A stretch of DNA of 46,872 nt, the filler included, from Jimgerdemannia flammicorona (taxonomy: Eukaryota), in the NCBI GenBank assembly GCA_003990765.1. It is 2 parts of 2 records of this genome, joined end to end, with 100 filler letters (N's around TTAATTAATTAA, not from the genome) between each part and the next. Parts side by side here need not be neighbours in the genome. Positions count along the whole stretch, not along the records: positions 23,496 to 46,872 come from RBNJ01001113.1; 1 more part is not named here. One strand, 5' to 3'. The position numbers and the translations under genes were made by a program. This document shows, in pieces, positions 36,544 to 46,872 of the stretch. Position 1 is the first letter of the stretch. Each line of letters begins with the position of its first letter. The notes under the pieces were generated by a model. The model saw only the letters and a program-made list of their open reading frames with translations, was not told the DNA's origin and did no database searches.

Positions 36544-37365
36544 TGTAATAGAATGAAAGAGTGCAAACAGATAGGATGTAATGAACAATGAACGATCATG
36601 TGACCTGGCGATGATGTCATCATATGAACGAAGCACAACATACGAATTACGAATGATGAATGATGCGAATGATGCAAAACGACACGGAAAATGATATCCA
36701 GCTTATCTCCAACAATTGGCACTGCAGTAATAGTTGCCACAGCAGCTGATCATTGCCTAGTAATTGAGGTCCTGATCACAAAGTTGTTTTTACCAAAAAC
36801 CACCTGATAAAGGTCGTGATCACAAACCTCATTATAGTTACCAAATTAGTCACTCATACTTAGTCAGAAATCATGGACCAACTTGTATAAATACCCCCCA
36901 GTTTCCATCCAAAATAAAGCAGTTTTAGTTCAGTCTTTGATACAAGAATCAAGTCCCCCCCATACACACACATTCCTCTGAGTCTTAGTAATGACATCTA
37001 AGTAACTCTAGTGTTTCTGACTAAACTCCAGAAGCCTAGCTAACTTCTGCCAGAACTGAGACCGGTATATAAATCCCCAAAGACTTAAGTAAACCTATTG
37101 AACCTGAATTCCAAGACGAATTCAGTCTGTGCACAGCAAAGAACAAGACCCTCAAAATAGGGCACAAGAGAAAGACCTTTGAAACAGAAGGCAAACCAGA
37201 AAAAGAACTTTGAAAGATAAGGCACTGCTACTACAACTACTTTAAGCGAGCACTTTCTCAAACTGAAGGCTTCTTGGTACACATTGTGTACTAAGTCCCT
37301 AAGTAATAGTCCACTTCCCTAATTATCCTAAGAATAAGAGAGGGGTAGAAGTGAGAGTTATTACA
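36544..37365 (+). repeat. 3' LTR of element C
   Basis: TGTAAT...ATTACA, direct repeat of 28180-29001. Confidence 0.95.
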
Positions 37366-37530
37366 AAGATCATATGGTATATGAGATGAGCAATGATGAC
37401 CAACTGTGAGTCATTGTGACCACAGCACAAGCATCCTGAAGAATATAAAAAAAGGATCAAGGAACTGCAGTAGCAGCAACCAACAAGAACCACCAATCCT
37501 AAAATAGCTCAAAGACTTACCACAAATAAA

Positions 37531-38334
37531 ATGCCTGCTGCCTGCCAAACCTCAAGGTCAAGGAATCATTAAGATATCTCAGTCAAGGAAAGGATGTTCC
37601 AAGACATCAGAAGAGCCATGAGAACCTACTCAAGAAGGACTCTTAGTGTTAACCTGGGTACTGCAGACCCTTATCACTTTATCCTCTACCACCATGAAAT
37701 GGAAACAAGGATCACCATTACTACTAAATGCCTCCAAATATGGCAGGAGTATGAAATAAGAAACCTCCTCTGCTGGGAATTCCCACAGGCCAGCACCCAA
37801 GAGCTACAAGATGCCACTCCCATGGATATATATGAAACAAGGACAGCTAGGAAGATCCATCAGATCTTCAGGCATGCACTATGGTCAATCCCCAACTTGG
37901 AGTATGTTAGAGTCTCAGATTTCAGAGACCTATCATCCCACTGTATCAATGCACTAGAAGCCAGGGTGGCTACAGAAGTCCAGTCTACTATCACCCTCAA
38001 CAGTGAAGAAGTAGAAGACTTCTGGCACCCTATCCTTCAGGACAACCCAGATCAATTCCTGTAAGGATTGATCTCAGTATTCCAAGGCCTAAGTATCCAG
38101 GTTAGATCTCCCCAAGATCCCACATTTGTTCCTTATTTTGTAGAAGAGAACCTCATAGACTGGAGAGCTCCAGACCTTGTCCCCGATTTCTCCACCACAG
38201 CCAAACGTGATGACGTCATCAATGACGTTATCCAGCACAACATTGAAGCATGCAAAAATGACAAATTCGCAGATCTCATCTCCTTTAGTAATGATGATGA
38301 TGAAGCCCCCATAATCCTGAACTTTCTGCTCTAA
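37531..38334 (+). pseudogene. Accessory ORF inside the 5' LTR of element B (267 aa, 2 in-frame stops)
   Basis: ATG 37531 follows a TATA at ~37443; the stops at 37570 and 38062 are CAA in the other LTR copy. Confidence 0.8.
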
Positions 38335-38749
38335 GTTCTTTATAACACTGGATAATGCCAGCACTGACATTCTGAGGTAACATGAAATTATTCCAGTACT
38401 GGTATTTTGATGTGACACTAAATAATGCCAGCCCTGGAACTTAGTAGTTTTAGTTATTGGAATTTATATTTAGCTTTATATCTTGGTAACCATTGAATTA
38501 TATTTTGTATAAATATCTCTCTTATTTCCTCTGAAATAAAGTCAATTCTTCTTAGTGCAATACATACACTTCCTTGCAAGCAATCTAAGAGATAACAAGA
38601 CAGTTAAAGATAAGAAGTTTGAGGACTATAAGACCTTAGGAAGGTACTCCAATAAGAACTTGCTTATAACAACTTGAGTTAGTCTAAGAGATACACCTTG
38701 AAGAGAATCTGGTATATTTGAAGGACTCAGCAACTACTATGTGACAACT

Positions 38750-38767
38750 TGGTGCCCATTGGCTGGT
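38750..38767 (+). promoter_or_regulatory. PBS of element B (TGGTGCCCATTGGCTGGT)
   Basis: Starts 3 nt after the LTR end GTGACA; same type as the family A PBS. Confidence 0.8.
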
Positions 38768-38866
38768 GATTCAAGATGAATTCCTCACTTTCAAGCTGAA
38801 AAACGAACAACCCCACAACAACTACCCTGACTACAAGAGTCACCCCTGCAAGAATTCAAGACAAGA

Positions 38867-41800
38867 TGGAAATGCACCCCCCCACATTCTATGGATATAT
38901 GTACTACTGAAGAGTCAATCCTGACCTTTATTGAAGACTTTGAACAATTTGCCGCTATACGAGCCCTTGGTGTGGATGCTCAATTGGCCCTTCTATCAGT
39001 CAGCCTCAGAGGACCTGTCAGAAATAAGTTTAATGCAGCCATCATTGCTGGTGCAGATGCAGTCAAACTTGCCAACATAAAGACCTTCCTCAGAACAACA
39101 TATTATACTAAAGAGATCAAGCAAGCTCTCAAGGATCAACTCAATACTATCTGCCAGAGACTTAGTGAAGATCCCAACTCATTCTATACCCGAATCTATC
39201 ACCAGATTGTCTTGGCTGGCTATGATGATGCCCTCAAGGAACAAATAGTGGATTCAACCTTCCTCAAAGGAGTTCACCCTGAAATTGCCCTAGTAATTTG
39301 GTCTACCCCAGCTGTACTGACTCTTGATCAGAAAGTGGTCTTTGCACAGAGATATTGGACAGCCAGACACCCTACCAAACACTCAATGGAGAAAATAACT
39401 GGTATTAAGATAGAGCCATCAAAGTCAACTAGTATCTTACCTGCCACAGTTGTAAACAGACAACCAACCCCACCTATCCCCAAGACAGCCAAAGCTGACC
39501 CAGTGGAAGAACTTGCCAAGCAGTTTGCTGAGATGACTGCACACCTTGGTGATATTGTTAGAGAAGTCCGAAGCGCCAACAGGAGACCAGTATAGAGATT
39601 TGTAGCTGCTACAGAAGAATGTAATATCACATGCTTCAGATGTGGAGAAGAAGGCCACTATACAAAGAGTTACATGACTGAAACAAGACACAAAGCCCAA
39701 CCAAGCAATGCTAGCAGAACCAGAGAACAATCTAATGTAGTAGTCATTGAGGAGATCAGTGACACTGATGATGAAGAATACTATGAGGAGCTCGAATTCT
39801 ACCCTGCTACTGAAGGTACCAGAACCCGGTCCAAGCCCTATGACAAGAAGAGTAACAGCAAGTGAGTTGGAAGACCAAAGAAGACTCCAGCTGTTACTAT
39901 TCAAAGCAAGACCCAATATGAGGAGATTGATCAAGACATGGAGTTAGATGAAGCTGCCCACCAAATTATTGAAGGCACTACTCCAGTCTCAGGAGAAAGT
40001 GAGAGTAAGAAGGAATAGAAGCTGTGCAAGACCAAGATCCACCAGTATGACATCTACATATAAGGACCTCAAGGAACAGAAGGTCAATGCCACTTTTGGG
40101 CAACTAGCTGAAGTCCCTGCCTTCAGACAGCAGTTGAGAGTAGGACTTGCAACTACTATCAAGAATCAAGAGTACAAGATTGTAGAAGCTCACAATGCAC
40201 AAGAAGAATATGAGAACTCAGGTGAAGAATCCAAAGACCAGCACAAGACATCAGCCTATACCCCCTGTCAGATCAAAGACTGTATCTTTGATGCCATCAT
40301 TGATACTGGTGCCGAAGGATGTCTCATGAGCAAGAAGACAATTGACCGCCTAGGTTGGGACATTGAAGAGTCTACCAAGATGGTCTATGTCACAGCAGAT
40401 GGTATACAAGCTACCCCCCTTGGCAAAATCTGAGAAGTCTCCATCAAGATAGGAGGAGCTACCATCCCAGTAGATGTAATTGTTACAAGTGCCACCAACT
40501 ATGACATCCTCATTGGTAACCAATGGCTTCATAAGGCCAAGGCTATCATTGACCTCAATGCTCAGAAGATGCAGATCAACTACAGAGGAAGAAAGGTATG
40601 AGTTTCTATCAATGTCCACAAAAGAGACCTGCTAGACATGGAGGAAGGAGATGAAGAAGACACAGAGGTCTTCATGCACTCAGTGAACAAGAACAAGAAC
40701 AAGACACCCAAGCTCACAGATGAGCAGTGGTATAACAAGATCATTGATGGGTATGCCCCTCAAGGAAGATGCCCCCATAGTACTAGAATGTACTACTCCG
40801 AATACCTGAATGACTGCTGGTTCTGTATCAGCGAAGTAAGGAAAATCCACCAATGGAAATATGAGTAAGAAGCTGCCAAAGCAAAAAGGAAAGCTGAAGA
40901 AGATGACCAGCCCCCAGAGCTTCAAGCTGACAGTGATGATGAGGAGGAACAAGAATCAGACATCACCCTCAAGGTCAAGAAGTTTCACCCTAAAGCCAAG
41001 ATCCCAGAATACAAGACTGAAGGAGCCATAGAAATGGACCTTGTCAGCATCCAAGACACTACTCTCAAACCACAGACCACCACCCTACTTGGCACTGGAA
41101 TTGGAGTCAAGTTGCCAGAAAACTATGCCAGAATTATCAAGACCAGGAGCAGCCTGGCCAAAAGTGAAATCTCAGTTGAAGGAGACATAATTGACCCTGA
41201 TTACACCAGTGAGATTTTTCTCATAGTCAGAAATCACAACCACACCACTCTCTTTGAAGTCAAGAAGCATGACAGGATTGGCCAGATACTGATCCACAAA
41301 ATCAAGAAGCCCAAGATCATAGAGGCCACTGAACTTATCAAGACTAAGAGAGGAGAACAAGGCTTTGGATCTACTGGAAGAGGAGTCTATGCTGCCACCA
41401 AGATTACTGAACTTGAGCACAAGAAAGACAAGAACCAGAATAAGCACACATATACCATTGGAGAAAACTTTCCCCTGGAGAAACAACTTCTCAAGATCCT
41501 GTACCAGAATGAAGAAGTACTTGCTACAGACTTTAGGGATATCCATAATCAAGAACCCAAGTATCACCATGAAGTTGACACTGGTGACACCAAGCCTATC
41601 TACCAGAAAGCCAGACCCATACCACCTGCCTACAGAGAATGGCTGCGAGCTGAACTCAAGGAAATGGAAGAAGCTGGAATCATTAAGCAAGCTATCAGCC
41701 CCTGGGCCTCACCCATTGTTCTTGCCCCAAAGAAAGGAAGCAAGCCTGGAGAGTTTGCACCAAGACTCTGCATTGACTACAGGAAACTCAATGCCATCAC

Positions 41801-42899
41801 CAAGAAGGATAGGCAGCCCTTGTCAAATATTCAAGAAATCCTTACCACCCTTAGAAGCAAAGCCAAATACTACACCACCTTGGATCTGTTCTCAGGCTTT
41901 CATCAGATTGGTCTCACTCAAGATGCCAGTGAGAAATCAGCCTTCATCATATCTAATGCCACCTATATCTATCTGCGAATACCATTTGGAATGTGTAATG
42001 CCCCAGCAAGTTTCCAGTGAATGATGAACAGAGTCTTCAGCAATGAGATTGGAAAATGGCTCTTTGTCTATGTTGATGATGTGATCATCTTCAGCAACAC
42101 TACACAGGAATATGTCAATCACATACAGCTAGCCCTCAAGAGGCTCAAGGAGCATGGCCTCTACATCAAGCCCAAGAAATGCAAGTTTGCAGCTCAAGAA
42201 ATTGTCTACCTAGGACACCTCATCAACCAGACTGGAATCCACACAGACCCCATGAAGATCGAGGCTGTTGCAGCCTACCCAAGACCCAGAACAACCACAG
42301 AAGTCTATGCCTTCCTTGGACTAGCCAGCTACTACAGAAGATTCATCAAAGGATACTCCAACATTGCAGCACCTATCTATGAGCTACTGAAGAAGGAGAC
42401 CAAATTCGAATGGACCAAGGAGCACCAAGAAACCTTCAATGAACTCAAGACCAGGTTGACCCAAGCACCCATTCTCAGAAGACCAGACTGGAGCCTAGAA
42501 TTCATTCTGCAGACAGATGCGAGTGCTATAAGACTTGGAGCGGTCCTAGTTCAGAAGAAAGATGGACATGAATATGTCATCTCCTATGCAAGCCGAGGTA
42601 TCCGTGGAGCAGAACAGAACTACGAGTCATGCAAGCTTAATTGCTTAGCAGTAGTTTGGGCAGTAGACAAGTTCCACTACTATCTAGCCGGAAAACACTT
42701 CACCATTCAAACAGACCATTCCGCTCTTGCCTGGCTATTCCACACTCTGAACCCCAAAGGAATATATGCCAGATAGATCTACAGGCTGCAAGAATATGAC
42801 TGTACTGTCAAGCACTACCCAGGAAAGACCAACACCAATGCTGATGCACTCTCAAGGACACTCTGAAACATCTCCATCAAGACTATTCAACATGAATAA
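38867..42899 (+). pseudogene. Element B gag-protease-Cys/His module-dUTPase-RT-RNase H
   Basis: CFRCGEEGHY, IIDTGA, RSSLA/IIDPDYTSEI/RGEQGFGSTG, PWASPIV, RLCIDYRKLN, LDLFSGFHQI, YVDD, QTDAS, TDHSAL, ADALSR; stops and a frameshift near 40050. Confidence 0.92.
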
Positions 42900-44120
42900 G
42901 GAGCTATACTATGGATTAATCAGCTATCTTGGGCAGTGGAAGATGCCCAACCATCTCAAACCCTGGACAATCACCATCATCAACCGGACTTGGAAACAGT
43001 TTGAATTAGACAACACTACACTCAGAAAAGGAGGAAAGCTAGTAATACCTGAACACAAGAAGTATCAAGTAATGAAGGAAGTATATAAGCAAGGACACTT
43101 AGGAGGAACCAACACATACAATAAGGCAAGAAGAACCATATGGTGGCCCAAGATGGAAGAAGACCTGTGCCAATTTGTCAAAGGGTGTGACAAGTGCTAA
43201 AAACAGAAACAAGATCAGCAAGACCAGGCACCTGGATCATCAAGAATTGAGCCTATCCCCTTCCACTACATCACGATAGATATTATTGGACCACTATCAG
43301 TAACACTATCAGGAAACTGCTATATTATAGTTATTGTAGACCTCTTCACTAAATGGATAGAGGCAGGAGTATTACAAGAAGCCAATGCTCTCTCTATAGC
43401 TGATTTCCTACACTGAGAAATCATCTGCCACTACAAGACACCAAAGCAAATCACAACAGACCATGGCACAGAATTTGTCAATGGATTCCATGAGATAATA
43501 TACCAGAAATACAAGGTCCAGCACATCAAGACTACCGCATACCACCCTCAAGGAAATGGACAGACAGAGAGAACCAACAAGACTCTCAAGAACATCCTAG
43601 CAAAGATCTCAGAGACATACGAGAATTGCGATAACTATCTCCCAACTGCCCTCTCTGTTCTACGAGACATATGGTCACAGAGCACACATTTTACCCTAAG
43701 AGAGCTGCTCTTTGGAGAAGAAGATTCTAATGGAACCTCAGCCACAAATCTAGACCTAACTTGGAGATGGGTTGATGAAGAAATCTGGAGACTACACCAA
43801 ATCAGGAAGAAGGCTGAAGATTACATCACCAAGTCACAAGCACTGATAAGGAAGAATGCAGAAAAGAATCACAAGGCCCTAGAACCCATCCAAATTGGAG
43901 AAAAGGTTCTACTGTATCAAAATATAGTAGAAGCCTCATGGTTACAAAAACTGGAGCCCAAATGGGAAGGACCCTTCTATGTATATACAAGATATCAAGG
44001 GAACTACCTTCTGGCTTAGAAAAATCTCAGGGACCATACTGCCTACCATGGTATATAGGAACAGACTCAAGAAGTACCATGAACCTATACAAGAGAAGCA
44101 AAACATGATAACCGCCTGTG
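42892..44120 (+). pseudogene. Element B integrase (HHCC-like zinc finger, DDE core, GPF/Y), no chromodomain
   Basis: GHLG..WWPKM..CDKC, IDIIGPL, VDLFTKW, ITTDHGTEF, YHPQGNGQTER, KLEPKWEGPF. Confidence 0.88.
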
Positions 44121-44445
44121 AGGTTCTAGTCCACGAATCATAACAGCATGTCCTGTGACCAGCAGGCTATCTGTCTGGACTATTCTCTAAGAGATACGGT
44201 ACTGACAACTACTCATCCATGAGACTTTTGCAGTCAGAGGAGTTCGAACCATCAACTGATTGGTCAAGATCAGAATCAGGCCCTTGCTCTATATGAAGGA
44301 AGTGACCCTTCACCATTATGCCAAAATACAAAGAGGAGATGCCAGCCCATAAATACTCCTTGCCAGAGGTTATGGGATCAGCAAATTTTTCAGAACTGGA
44401 CCAATGAATAAGGATGCTCAGGAAGATCCTTATTCAGGAGAAAGA

Positions 44446-45938
44446 TGTAATGGTGACCCCAGAATGATAACATCAGCACAGGAGACAGCCTTTCCTTACA
44501 AGCCACCAGATCGGAGCACAAGAAGATCATATGGCATATGAGATGAGCAATGATAACCAACTGTGAGTCATTGTGACCACAGCATAAGTATCCTGAAGAA
44601 TATAAAAGAAGAATCAAGGAACTGCAGTAGCAGCAACCAACAAGAACCACCAATCCCAAAATAGCTCAAAGACTTACCACAAACAAAATACCTGCTGCCT
44701 GCCAAACCTCAAGATCAAGGAATTACCAAGGTATCTCGGTTGAGGAAAGGATGTTCCAAGACATCAGAAGAGCCATAAGGACCTGCTCAAGAAGGACTCC
44801 TAGTGTCAACCTGGGTACTGCAGACCTTTATCACTTTATCCTCTACCACTGCAAAATGGAAACAAGGATCACCATTACTACCAAATGCCTCCAAATGTGA
44901 CAGGAGTATGAAATAGGAAACCTCCTCTGCTGGGAATTCCCACAGACCAGCACCCAAGAGCTACAAGATGTCACTCCCATGGATATATGTGAAACAAGGA
45001 CAGCTAGGAAGATCCATCAGATCTTCAGGCATGCACTATGGTCAATCTCTAACTTGGAGTATGTTAGAGTCTCAGATTTCAGAGACCTATCATCCTGCCA
45101 TATCAATGTACTAGAAGCCAGAGTGGCTACAGAAGCCCAGTCCACTATCACCCTCAACAGTGAAGAAGTAGAAGACTTCTGGCACCCTATCCTTCAGGAT
45201 AATCCAGATCAATTCCTGCAAGGATTGATCTCAGTATTCTAAGGCCCAAGCATCTGGGTTAGATCTCCCCAAGATCCCACATTTGTTCCTTATTTTGTAG
45301 AAGAGAACCTCATAGACTAGAGAGCTCCAGACCTTGTCCCCGATTTCCCTGCCATAGCCAAACATGATGATGTCATCGATGATGTTATCCCATGTGATAT
45401 CGAAGTATGTGAAAATGACAAATTCGTGTATCTCATCTCCTTCAGTGATGATGATGATGAAGCTCTCATAATCCCGAACTTTCTGCTCTAAGTTCTTTAT
45501 AACACTGGATAATACCAGCACTGGTATTCTTATGTAACACTGGATAATGCCAGCACTAACATTCTGAGGTGATGCAAAATTATTCCAGTACCGGTATTTT
45601 GATGTAATACTAAATAATGCCAGCCCTGGAACTTAGTAGTTTTAGTTATTGGAATTTATATTTAGCTTTATATCTTAGCAACCATTAAATTATATTTTGT
45701 ATAAATACCTCTCTTATTTCCTCTGAAATAAAGTCAGTTCTTCTTAGTGCAATATACACACTTCCTTGTAAGTAATCTAAGAGATAACAAGACAGTTAAA
45801 GATAAGAAGTTTGAGGACTATAAGACCTTGGAAAGGCACTCCAATAAGAACTTGCTTATAACAACTTGAGTTAGTCTAAAAGATACACCTTGAAGAGAAT
45901 CTGGCATATTTGAAGAACTCGGCGACCACTACGTGACA
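44446..45938 (+). repeat. 3' LTR of element B (1493 bp; carries a 35-bp local duplication near 45500-45570)
   Basis: TGTAAT...GTGACA, preceded by PPT AGGAGAAAGA. Confidence 0.93.
44688..45491 (+). pseudogene. Second copy of the LTR-borne accessory ORF (ATG>ATA, 3 stops)
   Basis: 804 nt, collinear with 37531-38334. Confidence 0.8.
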
Positions 45939-46087
45939 GTATAAAAAGTACTTTGGGGTAAAGCTTATCTAGCATAAGTATGAGACTATAGTTTTGAGTA
46001 ATAGACTGATAAGTAGGGACATCATTGGAACAATTATTCTAGTAGAGAAGATAGTATAGTATCTGGATATTTTTCTATCAATATATA

Positions 46088-46545
46088 TGTAATAATGCTT
46101 ATTTCTACCCCTCTCTTATTTTTTGGATAATTAGAGAAATAAGGTATTATTTAGAGACTTAGTATATAAGTATACTAAGAAGCCTTTAGTTTGAGAAAGT
46201 GCTTGCTTAAAAGTAGTTATAGTAGTAATATCCTTCTTGTTAATTACAGTTATAAGGAACTTATTCTTTATTATATATATACAGACTAAATTTATTTTAG
46301 AATTCAGATTCAATAAGAGGTTTATACTTAAGTCTTTAGTTTTTATATACTAGTCTCAGTTATGGCAGAAGTTGGCTAGACTTCTAGAGTTTAGTTAGAA
46401 ATACTAAAGTCACTTAGGTATCATTACTAAGACTCAGAAGAATATATATATAGAGGGGAGACTTGATTCTTATATTAAGGACTGAACCAAAACTACTTTA
46501 TTTTAGATAGAAACTAGGGGGTATTTATAAAAGTTAGTTTGTGAT
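46088..46545 (-). repeat. Strongly AT-shifted partial LTR of family C
   Basis: Reverse complement aligns with 28505-29001 (e.g. CTAAACTCTAGAAG.CTAGC.AACTTCTGCCA, AGAGGGGTAGAA). Confidence 0.8.
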
Positions 46546-46872
46546 TAGTGCTCCGAACGAATGGAGTTGATCCGGATGAGATTCGATTCAGATTCGTCAT
46601 GTGATGGATTCGAATCAACTCGGATTAGTCTCGTGATCTGATCCGGATTGATCCGGATTGATCCGGATTGATCCATCCGGATTGTTCCATCCGGATTGAC
46701 CATCCGGATTGACCATCCGGATTGACCATCCGGATTGACCCATCTGGATTGACCCATCCGGATTGACCCATTCGGATTGAAATCTTTGGTGACGTCACCC
46801 TTTCTTTTGTTCATTTCGCTCTTGTTTTTTTTTCCTGCCGCACTTTGGTGACATCACCCTTTCCTTTGTTCC
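46546..46872. mobile_element. Left end of a young hAT-like DNA element with subterminal ATCCGGATTG / ACCATCCGGATTG tandem repeats (~46641-46780)
   Basis: Starts TAGTGCTCC.AAC.AAT like the MITE at 27717; CpGs intact; CTTTGGTGAC(G/A)TCACCCTTT occurs twice. Confidence 0.6.

Larger units (their letters stand above)
28180..37365 (+). mobile_element. Full-length chromovirus-type Ty3/Gypsy element 'C' with dUTPase; 822-bp LTRs; 5-bp TSD AAGAT
   Basis: LTRs 28180-29001 and 36544-37365; AAGAT at 28175-28179 and 37366-37370; the uninterrupted target is seen at ~44520-44530. Confidence 0.95.
28098..45938 (+). mobile_element. Full-length Ty3/Gypsy element 'B' with ~1.5-kb gene-containing LTRs; 5' LTR split (28098-28179 + 37371-38746) by element C; 4-bp TSD GTAT
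   Basis: The joined 5' LTR pieces match 44446-45938; GTAT at 28094-28097 and 45939-45942; PBS at 38750, PPT at 44436-44445. Confidence 0.93.

Noticed and set aside
46641..46780. Regular short repeats resembling a CRISPR or telomere array
   Set aside because: 10-13-bp units with no unique spacers and no cas genes, in a eukaryotic context; best explained as transposon subterminal repeats.

Overview
Eukaryotic, most likely early-diverging fungal (Mucoromycota-like; inference from short GT-AG introns, gene content and TE types) genomic DNA. A CpG-rich host-gene island (~5.3-19.5 kb) is flanked by CpG-depleted, transition-riddled transposon stacks. The island holds two clear genes. The first is a 3-exon, ~1647-aa membrane protein fusing signal peptide, animal-type heme-peroxidase-like domain, heme DOMON, cytochrome b561, cytochrome b5, and FAD- and NAD-binding reductase domains: a DUOX-like one-polypeptide electron wire built from non-NOX parts, with the distal catalytic His replaced by Tyr. 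The second is a multi-exon DHA2-type MFS transporter. The repeats comprise several dUTPase-carrying Ty3/Gypsy elements (a chromovirus nested, with TSD, in the 5' LTR of another element, itself inserted in a decayed LINE), LINE remnants, a poly(A) retroposon and hAT-like MITEs. Four LTR-element lineages share one uncharacterised accessory ORF family, placed either after pol or inside the LTR. A Cys/His module accompanies the dUTPase in two different domain orders. An artificial N-linker at 23396-23495 means the two sides may not be truly adjacent.
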